Source of the DNA: Acidobacteriaceae bacterium
GTDB taxonomy: Bacteria; Acidobacteriota; Terriglobia; Terriglobales; Acidobacteriaceae
DNA length: 64,000 bases
NCBI GenBank assembly: GCA_027452245.1
Contig: DAIDGW010000017.1
Coordinates: forward strand, 18,483 to 82,482
Direction of reading: 5' to 3'
The notes under the pieces were generated by a model, which saw only the letters and a list, made by a program, of their open reading frames with translations, had not been told where the DNA came from and did no database searches. This document shows positions 1 through 9,388 of the stretch, piece by piece. The translations under genes and the position numbers were made by a program. The first letter of the stretch is position 1. Each line of letters opens with the position of its first letter.

Positions 1-15
1 TCGACGATTCAGGAC

Positions 16-1209
16 ATGGGCTACTATCCTTTTGGCAAACAGTTCTTCAGCAATCTCACGCATTACGTTCGAACGGGAGATTTTATTGCGTGCCTGTTCC
101 GCAATGCTCGAACGATGGATGAATATGCCTTTGCAATCGGCGCCCTGTCTCATTACTTGGGTGATTCGATCGGACATTCAGTTGCGGTTAATCCCGCAAC
201 TGCCGTCGAGTTTCCAAAACTGAAGCGGAAATACGGGCGCAGCGTCACCTACGATGAAAGCCCCCACGGACATATCCGGACAGAATTTGCATTTGATATT
301 GATGAATTGACGGATGCCGCGTTTGCTCCTCCGAACTACCTGGAAGCGATCGGGTTCAAGGTGCCAAGGAAGTTCTTGGAACAAGCGTTTGCTGATACCT
401 ACGGATTTGATATTCACGAAGTACTCGGACGTGCCCGTCCGGCGTTGCACAGTTACAAGACTTCAGCGCGCCGCTTTATCCCCGCGTTTGCGGAAGCAGA
501 AGTCGTGCTGCACCGGCACCAGTTTCCTCCGCACCCTGATGATGAAACATACAGAATCTTTAAAAACCGAGTCGCACAAACGAATTATGAACGACATTGG
601 AAGCATCCATACCACGGACCAGGAATCAAAGCACACCTTCTTGCCATCGTGGTGTTCTTGGTGCCGAAAGTTCGAGGGCTTTCCGACTTGGCGATCAAAG
701 TCCCTGACGCGCAGACCGAAGAGTGGTATTTGCGTAGCGTGAATCACACGCTGGACTCGTTTAAAGATCGGCTCAACCGGCTGGAGAAAGGTCCCCCAAT
801 ACTGGCAAACATCGATTTGGATACGGGAGAACGTGTGAAGAGAGGCGATTACCAACTTGCCGACGAAACTTATGCCCACTTGCTTCAGCGAATCACGTCC
901 AAACCAGATCGGCCCATTCCCGCCGATTTAAAGGAAAATCTGATGACCTATTACAGAAACTCGGGAACGGTGGGCGACCCTCAACCAGTCGTAGCCCGGG
1001 AATTAGCGATCTTGAAAAATATGAAGACAAAACCGCAGGAGGCTAGAAATAACTCCTGCTTGCCTTCTGAACGGTTGATCTTAGGCTACCGTGGAACGGA
1101 CGCGTTTCCGCAGGCTGTCCACAACTCGGGTTCCCATTTCTTCGGTGGAAACGCTGATTTGTCCATGCCCTGCGATATCGGCTGTTCTGACCCCCTGCTG
1201 CAAGACTGA
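16..1209 (+). CDS. zinc-dependent phospholipase C-like family protein (tentative; possibly 5'-partial)
   Basis: 397-aa ORF. His/Asp-rich motifs 'LSHYLGDSIGHS' and 'SPHGHIRTEFAFD' resemble the metal site of PLC-zinc-fold proteins. The frame is open from nt 1 to the ATG at 16, so the true start may lie outside the window. The last 129 nt overlap the convergent leuB 3' end. Confidence 0.45.
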   Translation: MGYYPFGKQFFSNLTHYVRTGDFIACLFRNARTMDEYAFAIGALSHYLGDSIGHSVAVNPATAVEFPKLKRKYGRSVTYDESPHGHIRTEFAFDIDELTDAAFAPPNYLEAIGFKVPRKFLEQAFADTYGFDIHEVLGRARPALHSYKTSARRFIPAFAEAEVVLHRHQFPPHPDDETYRIFKNRVAQTNYERHWKHPYHGPGIKAHLLAIVVFLVPKVRGLSDLAIKVPDAQTEEWYLRSVNHTLDSFKDRLNRLEKGPPILANIDLDTGERVKRGDYQLADETYAHLLQRITSKPDRPIPADLKENLMTYYRNSGTVGDPQPVVARELAILKNMKTKPQEARNNSCLPSERLILGYRGTDAFPQAVHNSGSHFFGGNADLSMPCDIGCSDPLLQD

Positions 1210-2175
1210 GGCGACAGCAGTCTCGACTGCTGCAGCTTCTGCTGCCAAACTGAATGAATGGCGGAGTAGCAGCGCGACAGACAAAATCGCTCCAAGAGGA
1301 TTCGCAATTCCCTTCCCTGCAATATTGGGCGCCGAACCGTGCACTGGCTCGTAAAGGCCGACCGGGCCTCCAATGCTGGCCGAAGCCAATAATCCCAGCG
1401 AACCCACCACTCCTCCCGCCTGATCAGAAAGAATGTCTCCAAACATGTTCTCTGTTAGCACGACGTCAAATTGTGCAGGATGTTGAACAAGCGACATCGC
1501 GGCAGAGTCCACATACTGGTGAGCCAAAGTGATCTGCGGATAATCTTTGCTGGTGCGGGTTACCACTTCGCGCCACAATCGGGAGCACTCAAGAACGTTG
1601 GCCTTGTCTACTGACAGCACATTCTTCTTACGCTTCATCGCGAGATCAAACGCAACTCTCGCGATCCGTTGGATTTCCGCTTCGCTGTAACGCATCGTGT
1701 TGGTTGCAACTCGCGATCCGGTGGGGCCTTCAATGGATCGAGGCTCACCGAAATAGGCTCCTCCCAGCAATTCGCGGACGATGAGGATGTCTGTACCGCG
1801 TGCGATCTCCGGCCGCAAGGGAGAACAGTCTTCCAGTGCGGGGAAAAGTACCGCAGGGCGCAGATTGGCGAATGCTCCAAGCTCGCGGCGAATGCGCAAC
1901 AGTCCTGCTTCGGGGCGAAGATGACCGGGATTATGATCGAATGCCGGAGATCCTACCGCACCCAAAAGCACCGCCGATGACGATACACATGCCTCGATCG
2001 TGTCGGTGGGCAGAGGATCGTTTACAGCCTCCAGTGCCGCTCCGCCAATCTTTTTAGTCTGTAGTTTGAGCGCGTGTCCGTGGGCGTCGGCAACTGCCCG
2101 CAGCACTTCAACCGCTTGCGCGGTAACTTCCGGACCAATACCGTCTCCGGGAAGAATCGTCAGATCAAGGAGCAT
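1081..2175 (-). CDS. leuB: 3-isopropylmalate dehydrogenase
   Basis: 364 aa. N-terminal 'ILPGDGIGPEV' and 'ENMFGDILSDQAG' motifs are typical of the isopropylmalate/isocitrate dehydrogenase family. Length and adjacency to leuA fit LeuB. Confidence 0.95.
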   Translation of the reverse strand: MLLDLTILPGDGIGPEVTAQAVEVLRAVADAHGHALKLQTKKIGGAALEAVNDPLPTDTIEACVSSSAVLLGAVGSPAFDHNPGHLRPEAGLLRIRRELGAFANLRPAVLFPALEDCSPLRPEIARGTDILIVRELLGGAYFGEPRSIEGPTGSRVATNTMRYSEAEIQRIARVAFDLAMKRKKNVLSVDKANVLECSRLWREVVTRTSKDYPQITLAHQYVDSAAMSLVQHPAQFDVVLTENMFGDILSDQAGGVVGSLGLLASASIGGPVGLYEPVHGSAPNIAGKGIANPLGAILSVALLLRHSFSLAAEAAAVETAVASVLQQGVRTADIAGHGQISVSTEEMGTRVVDSLRKRVRSTVA

Positions 2176-2275
2176 GGAAGGATCTTGTGCGACGAAAATG
2201 AAGCACTCAGTAATTTAACGCAAATCGACACTGAGGGACAGAACGGTCTCGGATTGCTCGCTGGGTGATCTCGCC

Positions 2276-3607
2276 TTAGACACCCCAAAGATAGTCGTCT
2301 TGCTCATGGTGGTGCTCTGAAGCTACCGGCATGGGCACACCAAATGGATTCGTATCCACAGCCACTTGAAAAGCTGGTGAGCGCTCGGCGCGCCGCGAGG
2401 CCAGGATCGCCGGAAGCGCGTCCGCAGCAGCAGCGGCAGACGCTGCAGGTTTGTGAGTTTCGCGGATCAGTTCCAACAGGTGATGATCCTCGACGTGCTT
2501 GATCTTATCGGCCAAGTGCACGAAACGACGATAGACGTCGTCGAGGGCACGCCGATCAAACTGATACCCTAACTGCTCGCAACGCATCGCGAGCGCATGC
2601 CGTCCAGAATGTTTCCCTAAAACCAGTTTGGAATCCGGAACACCCACAGAAATGGGCGTCATAATCTCGTAGGTCAGAGGATTTTTCAGTACACCATCCT
2701 GGTGGATACCGGCTTCGTGAGCGAAAGCGTTTCGTCCCGTGATGGCCTTATTCGGCTGGACCGGAACACCGGTAATTTCACTAAGCATCTGACTCGCGGG
2801 AAAGAGTTGTTGGCTGGCGATTCCTGTTTCATACGGATACCGGTCAGGGCGCACACGCATGGTCATCACGATCTCTTCAAGAGAGGCATTACCCGCCCGC
2901 TCGCCGATGCCGTTGATCGTGCACTCAATTTGCCGTGCTCCCGCCCCGACCGCAGCCAGAGCATTCGCTACTGCCAAGCCAAGGTCATTGTGGCAATGGG
3001 CCGAAATCGTCACATTCTCGATTCCACGGACATTTTTGCGGATAGTGGTAATGAGTTCGGCGAATTCTGAAGGAACGGTAAAACCGACCGTGTCGGGTAT
3101 GTTGAGCGTAGTCGCTCCGGCCTCAACCACGGCTTCGAGCACTTGGCATAAGAATCCGACATCGGTCCGAGTCGCATCTTCGGGCGAGAACTCAACATCC
3201 TCGCAGAACGATTTGGCCAAACGAACCGCATCGCGCGCTTGTGCGAGGCACTGCTCGCGCGTCATGCGCAATTTGTATTGCAAGTGAATATCAGAAGTGG
3301 CAAGAAAAACATGTATCCGGGGACGCGCTGCAGGCTTCAACGCCTCCCATGCACGCTCAATATCGGTCCGGCAGGCGCGTGCCAGGCCAGCAATGATTGG
3401 CCGCCGAATCACGGTGGCGATCTCCTGCACCGCTTCACAATCACCGTCAGACGCTATGGGAAAGCCGGCCTCAATTACATCCACTCCAAGCCGATCGAGT
3501 TGCTGGGCCAGGCGAAGTTTCTCCTGCTGGTTCATGCTGCACCCCGGCGACTGCTCGCCATCGCGGAGTGTTGTATCGAAAATCGTGATTCGTCCATCCT
3601 CCATCAT
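2276..3607 (-). CDS. leuA: 2-isopropylmalate synthase family enzyme (short form without recognisable C-terminal regulatory domain)
   Basis: 443 aa. Carries the '[16 protein letters not shown]' HMGL-like barrel signature and the '[17 protein letters not shown]' metal-site motif. It lies 100 nt upstream of leuB. The C-terminal 59 aa are Ala-rich/low-complexity rather than a LeuA-dimer domain. Confidence 0.85.
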   Translation of the reverse strand: MMEDGRITIFDTTLRDGEQSPGCSMNQQEKLRLAQQLDRLGVDVIEAGFPIASDGDCEAVQEIATVIRRPIIAGLARACRTDIERAWEALKPAARPRIHVFLATSDIHLQYKLRMTREQCLAQARDAVRLAKSFCEDVEFSPEDATRTDVGFLCQVLEAVVEAGATTLNIPDTVGFTVPSEFAELITTIRKNVRGIENVTISAHCHNDLGLAVANALAAVGAGARQIECTINGIGERAGNASLEEIVMTMRVRPDRYPYETGIASQQLFPASQMLSEITGVPVQPNKAITGRNAFAHEAGIHQDGVLKNPLTYEIMTPISVGVPDSKLVLGKHSGRHALAMRCEQLGYQFDRRALDDVYRRFVHLADKIKHVEDHHLLELIRETHKPAASAAAAADALPAILASRRAERSPAFQVAVDTNPFGVPMPVASEHHHEQDDYLWGV

Positions 3608-3700
3608 GAGTGGCCTCGATATCCCAAGAATAGGAAAATAGTAGGCGCTTTCAATTAAGAAGCAAATCTTATATTTTTTATAATTTAGTACCAGTATTCT

Positions 3701-3724
3701 TATATAATAAGTTATTGTTATATA
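3701..3724. promoter_or_regulatory. inverted repeat TATATAA-N10-TTATATA in the AT-rich leuA/LysR divergent spacer (candidate LysR-type operator)
   Basis: Perfect 7-nt arms at 3701-3707 and 3718-3724. They sit inside a strikingly AT-rich 146-nt spacer (3608-3753) between divergent genes. LysR regulators classically bind AT-rich dyads (T-N11-A type) in such spacers. Confidence 0.3.
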
Positions 3725-3753
3725 TAGTCGTATTTACTTTAGAATCAAGGTTT

Positions 3754-4671
3754 ATGGAACTTTCGCAGCTTGAGGTGTTTCTGACAGTAGCGCGGGAGCG
3801 GCGTTTCTCCCGTGCGGCAGAAAAGCTATTTCGAACACAGTCGGCTGTCAGCCAGACCATCCATAAGCTGGAACAAGAACTCGGCGAAACGCTGTTTGAT
3901 CGCTCGTCACGCGAGGGGGTGCTGACCGACGCGGGGAAGGTTCTCTACGAATATGCGGAGAAGCTACTCAACCTGCGAAGTGAAGCGACAGAATCGCTTT
4001 CGGAATTGCGGGAGCTCCAAAAGGGGAAGTTGGTTATTGCCGCAAACGAGTTCACCGCTTTGTATCTGCTTTCCCCCCTGGCGGAGTTCCGGCGTCTGCA
4101 CCCAATGATCAAAATCACTGTGCAACGTTCACTTGGAAGCCATATCCCTGACGATGTTATGAACTATAGCGCAGAGGTGGGGATACTCTCATATGAGCCG
4201 CAGGAACCAAGGTTGCAATCCATTGTCGTATATCAGGATGAACTGGTCTTCGTGGTACCGCCAAATCATCCGCTTGCCTCGGCGCAGCAGGTCAACATCC
4301 ACCAGCTTGGCGCCGAGTCTTTCGTGGCTCACATTGTGTCTTCACCATATCGGGAGAAGGTCTTACAACTTTTTAAGACGCAAAAAACTCCGCTTCACAT
4401 GGATCTCGAGTTACCCACGTTGCAGGCGATCAAGCAGTTTGTAGCGATGGGGAACGGGGTGGCCTTGATTCCAGAAATCAGTGTAGAAACGGAGCTTTCG
4501 CGTGGTGAATTAATCGCCGTCCCGGTTGAAGAGTTGCAACTGAAGCGAAAACTTCGCTTGGTGTACCGTAAGGATGCCAGCCTTTCGCATGCGGCTAGGG
4601 CTTTCTTGAAGGTAGCAGAGGCTATGGCTGCTGACCACAGGGGACGCTACCTGTTCCAGCGAGAACGCTGA
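3754..4671 (+). CDS. LysR family transcriptional regulator
   Basis: N-terminal HTH 'LEVFLTVARERRFSRAAEKLFRTQSAVSQTIHKLE' followed by a LysR substrate-binding-type domain. Start placed at ATG 3754 (MELSQLEVF); the ORF-track start at 3715 lies in the AT-rich spacer. Confidence 0.9.
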   Translation: MELSQLEVFLTVARERRFSRAAEKLFRTQSAVSQTIHKLEQELGETLFDRSSREGVLTDAGKVLYEYAEKLLNLRSEATESLSELRELQKGKLVIAANEFTALYLLSPLAEFRRLHPMIKITVQRSLGSHIPDDVMNYSAEVGILSYEPQEPRLQSIVVYQDELVFVVPPNHPLASAQQVNIHQLGAESFVAHIVSSPYREKVLQLFKTQKTPLHMDLELPTLQAIKQFVAMGNGVALIPEISVETELSRGELIAVPVEELQLKRKLRLVYRKDASLSHAARAFLKVAEAMAADHRGRYLFQRER

Positions 4672-4690
4672 TCCGCAACGTTGCCTGTAA

Positions 4691-5137
4691 TCAGCAGTTA
4701 GCGCACACAGAATGCTCCTCGAACACCGCGAGAGCGGCTTCGAGGGAAGCGTGCATCTCCAGTACCGAATCCAAGTTAGTGAGATTCAGCAGGCACCGGA
4801 CCACTGAATTCGCTCCCGCGCACTTCAGGTTCGCATCTTTGTCACGGGCTAGCCGATGAGCCAGCACCAATTCCCCAAGCCCGGCGCTGTCAATCGACTC
4901 GACTCCGCTGAGATCCAGAATCACTTTGCGCTCGTGTTCAAGCACTTCTGCCAGCAGACTCGACAATGCGGACGCCTCATCGCGGTACACAATGCGGCCG
5001 CGGCAGTGGATAACCACTACATTGCCCTGACTGCGTGTTTCCAAAGAGAGTTTCAACTTCGACTCCGGGAATGTCCTGAGGGCCGCCAAAAGAGCCGGCC
5101 GTGACCATGATTGCCAATCTGTTTCCATAAATTGCAT
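4691..5137 (-). CDS. STAS-domain protein (anti-sigma-factor antagonist family)
   Basis: 148 aa. 'VVIHCRGRIVY...VILDLSGVESIDSAGLGELV' matches the SpoIIAA/STAS pattern. Confidence 0.75.
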   Translation of the reverse strand: MQFMETDWQSWSRPALLAALRTFPESKLKLSLETRSQGNVVVIHCRGRIVYRDEASALSSLLAEVLEHERKVILDLSGVESIDSAGLGELVLAHRLARDKDANLKCAGANSVVRCLLNLTNLDSVLEMHASLEAALAVFEEHSVCANC

Positions 5138-5338
5138 CCTAGGACATAGACGCTAACAGGATGGTTTCGGAAGCATAAAAAACGGGTAAATTTTTGTCAT
5201 CATTTGCGACAAATAGGCCACTACGCCGGAAGCTCAAATTTTGTCAGCCACACATCGAGAGCATCCGGTACACTGCATCTAACCGATTTCATCGATTAAA
5301 CTTCTTTGCTGGCGCAAATCGCCGGGGAGGACTGATTC

Positions 5339-5863
5339 GTGTCGAAAACTGCCGCTGCTCTGGTGGCTTTCTTTTGTCTAACGCTGTTTGCTCTGCCAAT
5401 GTCGGCGCAGCTACTGCCCAACGGAGGCAACGTATATGCCGGCGCGCTTTACGGAAAGGCGGACTATATAACCAATTACTACGGCTTTCATGGATGGGCA
5501 GCATCCGTGGAAGGACTGCCTTTCAAAAACCCCCATGTCGGGATTACCGTGGACACCAGCGGCATGTATCGCCCCGGGGTTACCGAATACAACATCTTGC
5601 TGGGGCCGCGGCTTTCTATCGAGTACGGCAAATGGCGTCCCTTCGCTCAATTAATGGGCGGCGTAGTGCGATTGAAATCGGGTGGCATTTCCTACCTGCC
5701 CGTTGCCTGGGACATCGGCGGCGGTGTCGACTATCGCCTTGGAAAATTCCTTTTTCTGCACCAGTTGGCGTGGCGCATCCAAGCGGACTATACCCATAGC
5801 CGGGTATTAAGCGCGTCACAAAAGGACTTCCGTGCATCGACCGGATTCGTTTGGCGCTTTTGA
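5339..5863 (+). CDS. small outer-membrane beta-barrel protein
   Basis: GTG start 7 nt after 'GGGGAGGA'. Signal peptide 'AAALVAFFCLTLFALPMSAQ', alternating aromatic/Gly beta-strand pattern, and a C-terminal 'GFVWRF' with terminal Phe typical of OMPs. Confidence 0.7.
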   Translation: MSKTAAALVAFFCLTLFALPMSAQLLPNGGNVYAGALYGKADYITNYYGFHGWAASVEGLPFKNPHVGITVDTSGMYRPGVTEYNILLGPRLSIEYGKWRPFAQLMGGVVRLKSGGISYLPVAWDIGGGVDYRLGKFLFLHQLAWRIQADYTHSRVLSASQKDFRASTGFVWRF

Positions 5864-5982
5864 TGGTTCTGTCCAAAGTACCTTCTTCTCAATGGGATGA
5901 CGAGTTGCGGTAGCCGCTTTGGGATTCCGTGCATCCAAGCCTATAAAGTCCCGTTCAAACAGAAGAAGGGAGAAGTAAGAAT

Positions 5983-6537
5983 ATGCGTAGAGTGATCGCA
6001 TTTCTTGTAGGGAGCTTGCTTTGCTCTGCCGCGGCTAATGCTCAAGTTCCTTCTGGAAACGCCTTCTTTGGATATTCGTTCTACAGCACCAGCCTTTCTT
6101 CTATCGACCGGGCGAACACCAACGGATGGGAAGCAACCTTGGAAGGCAAAGTGCTTCCCTTTATCGGTCTAGTAGCGGATGTGGATAGCCATTACGGGTC
6201 GCAAGGATTTCCAGGCGTTTGCTCGGGGAATGGTACACCTACTGCCTGTGCTGTCAGTGGAAATGTGACGGAACACAACTACCTCTTTGGTCCTCGCGCA
6301 GCGATTTCCTTGGGAAAATTGCGCCCCTTCGCGGAAGCAATGGTCGGAGCGTCTCACGTCAACGTGAGTGGAATTTCTTCCGGCACGTGTCTGGGCACGG
6401 CTGTCGGGGGAGGACTCGACTACAAGCTCTTCACAGCGTTGGCTTGGCGCGTCCAAGGCGATTACGTACATACCCATTTTTTCAACAACCCGCAAAACAA
6501 TGTCCGGATCTCAACCGGCATAGTCTTCCGGTTCTAG
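5983..6537 (+). CDS. small outer-membrane beta-barrel protein (paralogue of 5339-5863)
   Basis: Signal peptide 'IAFLVGSLLCSAAANAQ'. Same architecture as the upstream gene and the same C-terminal motif ('RISTGIVFRF' versus 'RASTGFVWRF'). Confidence 0.7.
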   Translation: MRRVIAFLVGSLLCSAAANAQVPSGNAFFGYSFYSTSLSSIDRANTNGWEATLEGKVLPFIGLVADVDSHYGSQGFPGVCSGNGTPTACAVSGNVTEHNYLFGPRAAISLGKLRPFAEAMVGASHVNVSGISSGTCLGTAVGGGLDYKLFTALAWRVQGDYVHTHFFNNPQNNVRISTGIVFRF

Positions 6538-6622
6538 TCTGCAAACAAAAACAGGATCCAGTTGTTTGACAGAATCCCGTTTTCTTGGTGGCCACGGCAA
6601 AAACGTTCACGGATAGAGTCTG

Positions 6623-7354
6623 TTATGTCTGCCAGTACTTGTGATCGCGCAAGAAGTAATTCTCATTCCAGTAATTGGCTGCAGTCTTCAGGAACAGGCG
6701 CGCTACCTTGAAATAACCCATCCTTTGGAAGCGCCGATTAGTTGTCCAAACACCACCGCGAACGATGCCGAAACGGCTTCGCTCCACCTGCTTGCTGAGT
6801 TGATAATCTTCAGCGAACAGGATTCGCTCATCGAAACCTCCGAGTTCGCGGAACTTATTCGTCTCGAACAGCATGAACATGCCCGTAGCAAAAGGATGGT
6901 GCAAACGCGACAGATGCTGACAAAAATCATTGCTGGCGTAGAGCAACTTGTCGAGCCAATTGCCATCGCGGCACAGAATGTTTGTAGTGACGCAATGAAG
7001 TCGCTTGCGGGCAGCAAGTTCCACAGCTCGACGTGCTACGGAAGGATGGGCCAGTTCGATGTCCGCGTCAAGAAAAAGGACATACTTCGAATCTGCCAAC
7101 GCAGCACCGTGGTTCCTTCCAACGGAGGGCATACCGCCCGGGATTACCGAAACATTCAAACGCGGCTGAAAGCTGAGAACAATATCCGGCGTTCCGTCGG
7201 TCGAGTTGGCATCAGCGACCAACACTCTCGTATTCGACATTTTCGAGTAGTCCTGAATCGTCAGCGAGGTCAGCAAACGCGGAATGAGTTTCGCCTCGTT
7301 TTTCGCCGGAATTACGATCGTCAGTTCTTGATTCGTCGTGCTGCTCGTATTCAT
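6623..7354 (-). CDS. family 2 glycosyltransferase
   Basis: 'LTIVIPAKNE' N-terminal GT2 motif and 'LFLDADIEL' DXD motif. Start set at ATG 7354 (MNTSS), which sits 9 nt after AAGGAG (7369-7364). The ORF-track start is 7375. Confidence 0.8.
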   Translation of the reverse strand: MNTSSTTNQELTIVIPAKNEAKLIPRLLTSLTIQDYSKMSNTRVLVADANSTDGTPDIVLSFQPRLNVSVIPGGMPSVGRNHGAALADSKYVLFLDADIELAHPSVARRAVELAARKRLHCVTTNILCRDGNWLDKLLYASNDFCQHLSRLHHPFATGMFMLFETNKFRELGGFDERILFAEDYQLSKQVERSRFGIVRGGVWTTNRRFQRMGYFKVARLFLKTAANYWNENYFLRDHKYWQT

Positions 7355-8033
7355 GGATGCGCACTCCTTGTTCATCGACGGTTAGATACGTCAGCCGAGT
7401 GTCAACCCAGCCTCCCGTATTGAAATAATGGATCCCGTTCCGCTCCCGGCACGTAGCTTCATGCGTGTGGCCGCAAAAAATGCGATCGGCGCCATGCTGT
7501 TCGGCGAAGCGCAAGGCCCCTTCGGCAACTTTGGAAGACATTCTCATCCAGCGCGTATTCAGGCGGTCAATCAGACGCGCAATCGGCTTTCGCTTGAAGT
7601 CAACTTTCTGTAGCAGCAGATAAAGCGAGGTCCCGACACTGCTCAATCGCACATTGTTAACCTGGAATCCATCGAATTGGTGTCCATGGACAGCAATGTG
7701 GCGAAAGCCACCGAAGTCCCACAGGTATTTCTGATATACGCGAACTCCTACCAAGTGCGACATTATGTCCGTAAGCCCGTGATCGTGGTTCCCTTCCACC
7801 CACACAACTTCAATATGCCGCTTGGGATTCGAAAGTTTGCGAATGAAGCCCAGAAATTTCCAGTGCTCCTTGGTCAGGCGGCCAAAATTGAGATCGGCGA
7901 AGATGTCGCCAAGAAGAATGAGACGTTCAAAACGAGTCTGCTTCAGAACCTGGGTCGCTTCCCATGCACGGCTGGTCGCCGCCCCCAAGTGCAGGTCTGA
8001 CAGGATCAGCGTGTTGTAGAAAGGCTGGTCCAC
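7212..8033 (-). CDS. metallophosphoesterase (LpxH / UDP-2,3-diacylglucosamine diphosphatase-like)
   Basis: Calcineurin-like motifs 'ILSDLHLG', 'LLGDIFA', 'VEGNHDH', 'VHGHQFD' and 'CGHTHE'. The C-terminal ~47 aa overlap the start of the downstream GT2 gene in another frame. Confidence 0.8.
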   Translation of the reverse strand: MDQPFYNTLILSDLHLGAATSRAWEATQVLKQTRFERLILLGDIFADLNFGRLTKEHWKFLGFIRKLSNPKRHIEVVWVEGNHDHGLTDIMSHLVGVRVYQKYLWDFGGFRHIAVHGHQFDGFQVNNVRLSSVGTSLYLLLQKVDFKRKPIARLIDRLNTRWMRMSSKVAEGALRFAEQHGADRIFCGHTHEATCRERNGIHYFNTGGWVDTRLTYLTVDEQGVRIHEYEQHDESRTDDRNSGEKRGETHSAFADLADDSGLLENVEYESVGR

Positions 8034-8191
8034 ATCCGATTAGTATCAGGCCAGTGTTAACAGGCGATGAAATATGCACTGAAAATGGTGCGAGGTAACT
8101 TTGGAAGTACCCATGTCTGCGGAGACCGGTGATTGTTGCAAGAATGTGAAGAGACCTCGACGCAACACTCACGGATGGCGTATTCAGTACA

Positions 8192-8464
8192 TCAACGTGT
8201 AGGCGGAACATACTCTTTCGGTACAGCCGATCCCTCGCCAAAAAAGTACATGTCCATCTGCTTGACGATCACTTCCTGATCTTCGCGCCGAGCCGGATTT
8301 AGACGGTACTCATTGAGCAGCATCTTGCAGTGCTCCATCCACATTCGCCAGGCTTCCTGGGAGACGTTGTTGTAAATTTTCGCCCCGAGTTCGGTGTCGA
8401 ATGGAGGCTCTTCCAGCCCCGGCAGATCCTTGTTTAACTTCACGCAATGAACGATGTGCGCCAT
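8192..8464 (-). CDS. yggX: Fe(2+)-trafficking / oxidative-damage protection protein
   Basis: 90 aa. 'VHCVKLNKDLPGLEEPPF...GAKIYNNVSQEAWRMWMEHCKMLLNEYRLN' is the characteristic YggX sequence pattern. Confidence 0.9.
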   Translation of the reverse strand: MAHIVHCVKLNKDLPGLEEPPFDTELGAKIYNNVSQEAWRMWMEHCKMLLNEYRLNPARREDQEVIVKQMDMYFFGEGSAVPKEYVPPTR

Positions 8465-8610
8465 GATTTCTCCACGAAATTAGATTACCAATATCTTACA
8501 CGGCCCTTGAGAATGAGTTATGCACGAGATCCACGTGAGCCACCCGATTGCAGATGCGGGGCCGTCTGATACTGACTCAAGTAGCTTCATTGCCTTATTC
8601 TAGTAATGGA

Positions 8611-9309
8611 ATGATTCGCACTATTCACCCGATTAATCCTCAAACAATCAAACTGGTCATCTTCGATCTGGACGGTACGCTGATCGATTCTCGGCTTGAT
8701 CTCGTACACTCCGTAAATGCAGCTCTGCGGCACATCGGGCGTCCGGAACTTCCAGCCGATACGATCGCAAGCTACGTAGGCGACGGTGCTCCCATCCTCA
8801 TTCAGCGAGCACTCGGAATTGAAGCATCCGATGAAGCTTTGGTGCGAAAGGGACTGGAGTTTTTCCTGAGCTACTACCGCGAACACAAACTCGATCACAC
8901 AACAATCTATCCGGGAATAAAGGAAGCCTTGGCAGCTATCAGTCGCTCCTCCAACAGCAATGGGGCATCCCGGAAAATGGCCGTTCTGACGAATAAGCCC
9001 GTGATCCCGTCGCGAGCGATTGTCGATGCACTAGGCATTGGCACCTTCTTCCCGCGGGTCTATGGCGGCAACAGTTTCCCCACCAAGAAGCCCGATCCGC
9101 AAGGTGCGCTGCAACTTCTTCAGGAAACCGGGACGCGGCCGGAACAAAGTGTAATTGTCGGCGATTCGCATGTAGATGTCCAAACGGGACGTAATGCCGG
9201 GATGTGGACGATCGGCGTAACGTATGGCTTTTCGGCCCATACCTTTGCTGAGCATCCGCCCGACATCCTGGTTGACACTACGGGCGAACTTGCTGAGGTC
9301 TTGAAGTAG
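8611..9309 (+). CDS. HAD-superfamily hydrolase, phosphoglycolate phosphatase-like
   Basis: HAD motifs 'VIFDLDGTLIDS' (I), 'LTNK' (II) and 'VGDSHVDVQTGRNAG' (III/IV). Start moved to ATG 8611 (MIRTIHP), just before motif I. Confidence 0.8.
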   Translation: MIRTIHPINPQTIKLVIFDLDGTLIDSRLDLVHSVNAALRHIGRPELPADTIASYVGDGAPILIQRALGIEASDEALVRKGLEFFLSYYREHKLDHTTIYPGIKEALAAISRSSNSNGASRKMAVLTNKPVIPSRAIVDALGIGTFFPRVYGGNSFPTKKPDPQGALQLLQETGTRPEQSVIVGDSHVDVQTGRNAGMWTIGVTYGFSAHTFAEHPPDILVDTTGELAEVLK

Positions 9310-9388
9310 ACGGTGCCATCTTTTGGCTTGAACCGACTCATCGGATTTTTGTGCGATACTGCCTATTCTCCAGCGAGGCCCAGCACAA

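Noticed and set aside
5194-5799. 201-aa + strand ORF overlapping the outer-membrane beta-barrel gene (5339-5863) in another frame
   Set aside because: Arg/Cys-rich, non-protein-like composition and no SD. The overlapping frame has a signal peptide, beta-barrel periodicity and an OMP C-terminal Phe, so this is a shadow ORF.
6641-7423. 260-aa ORF antisense to the GT2 gene
   Set aside because: No motifs, and it is antisense to a frame with clear GT2 signatures. This is a typical GC-rich shadow ORF.
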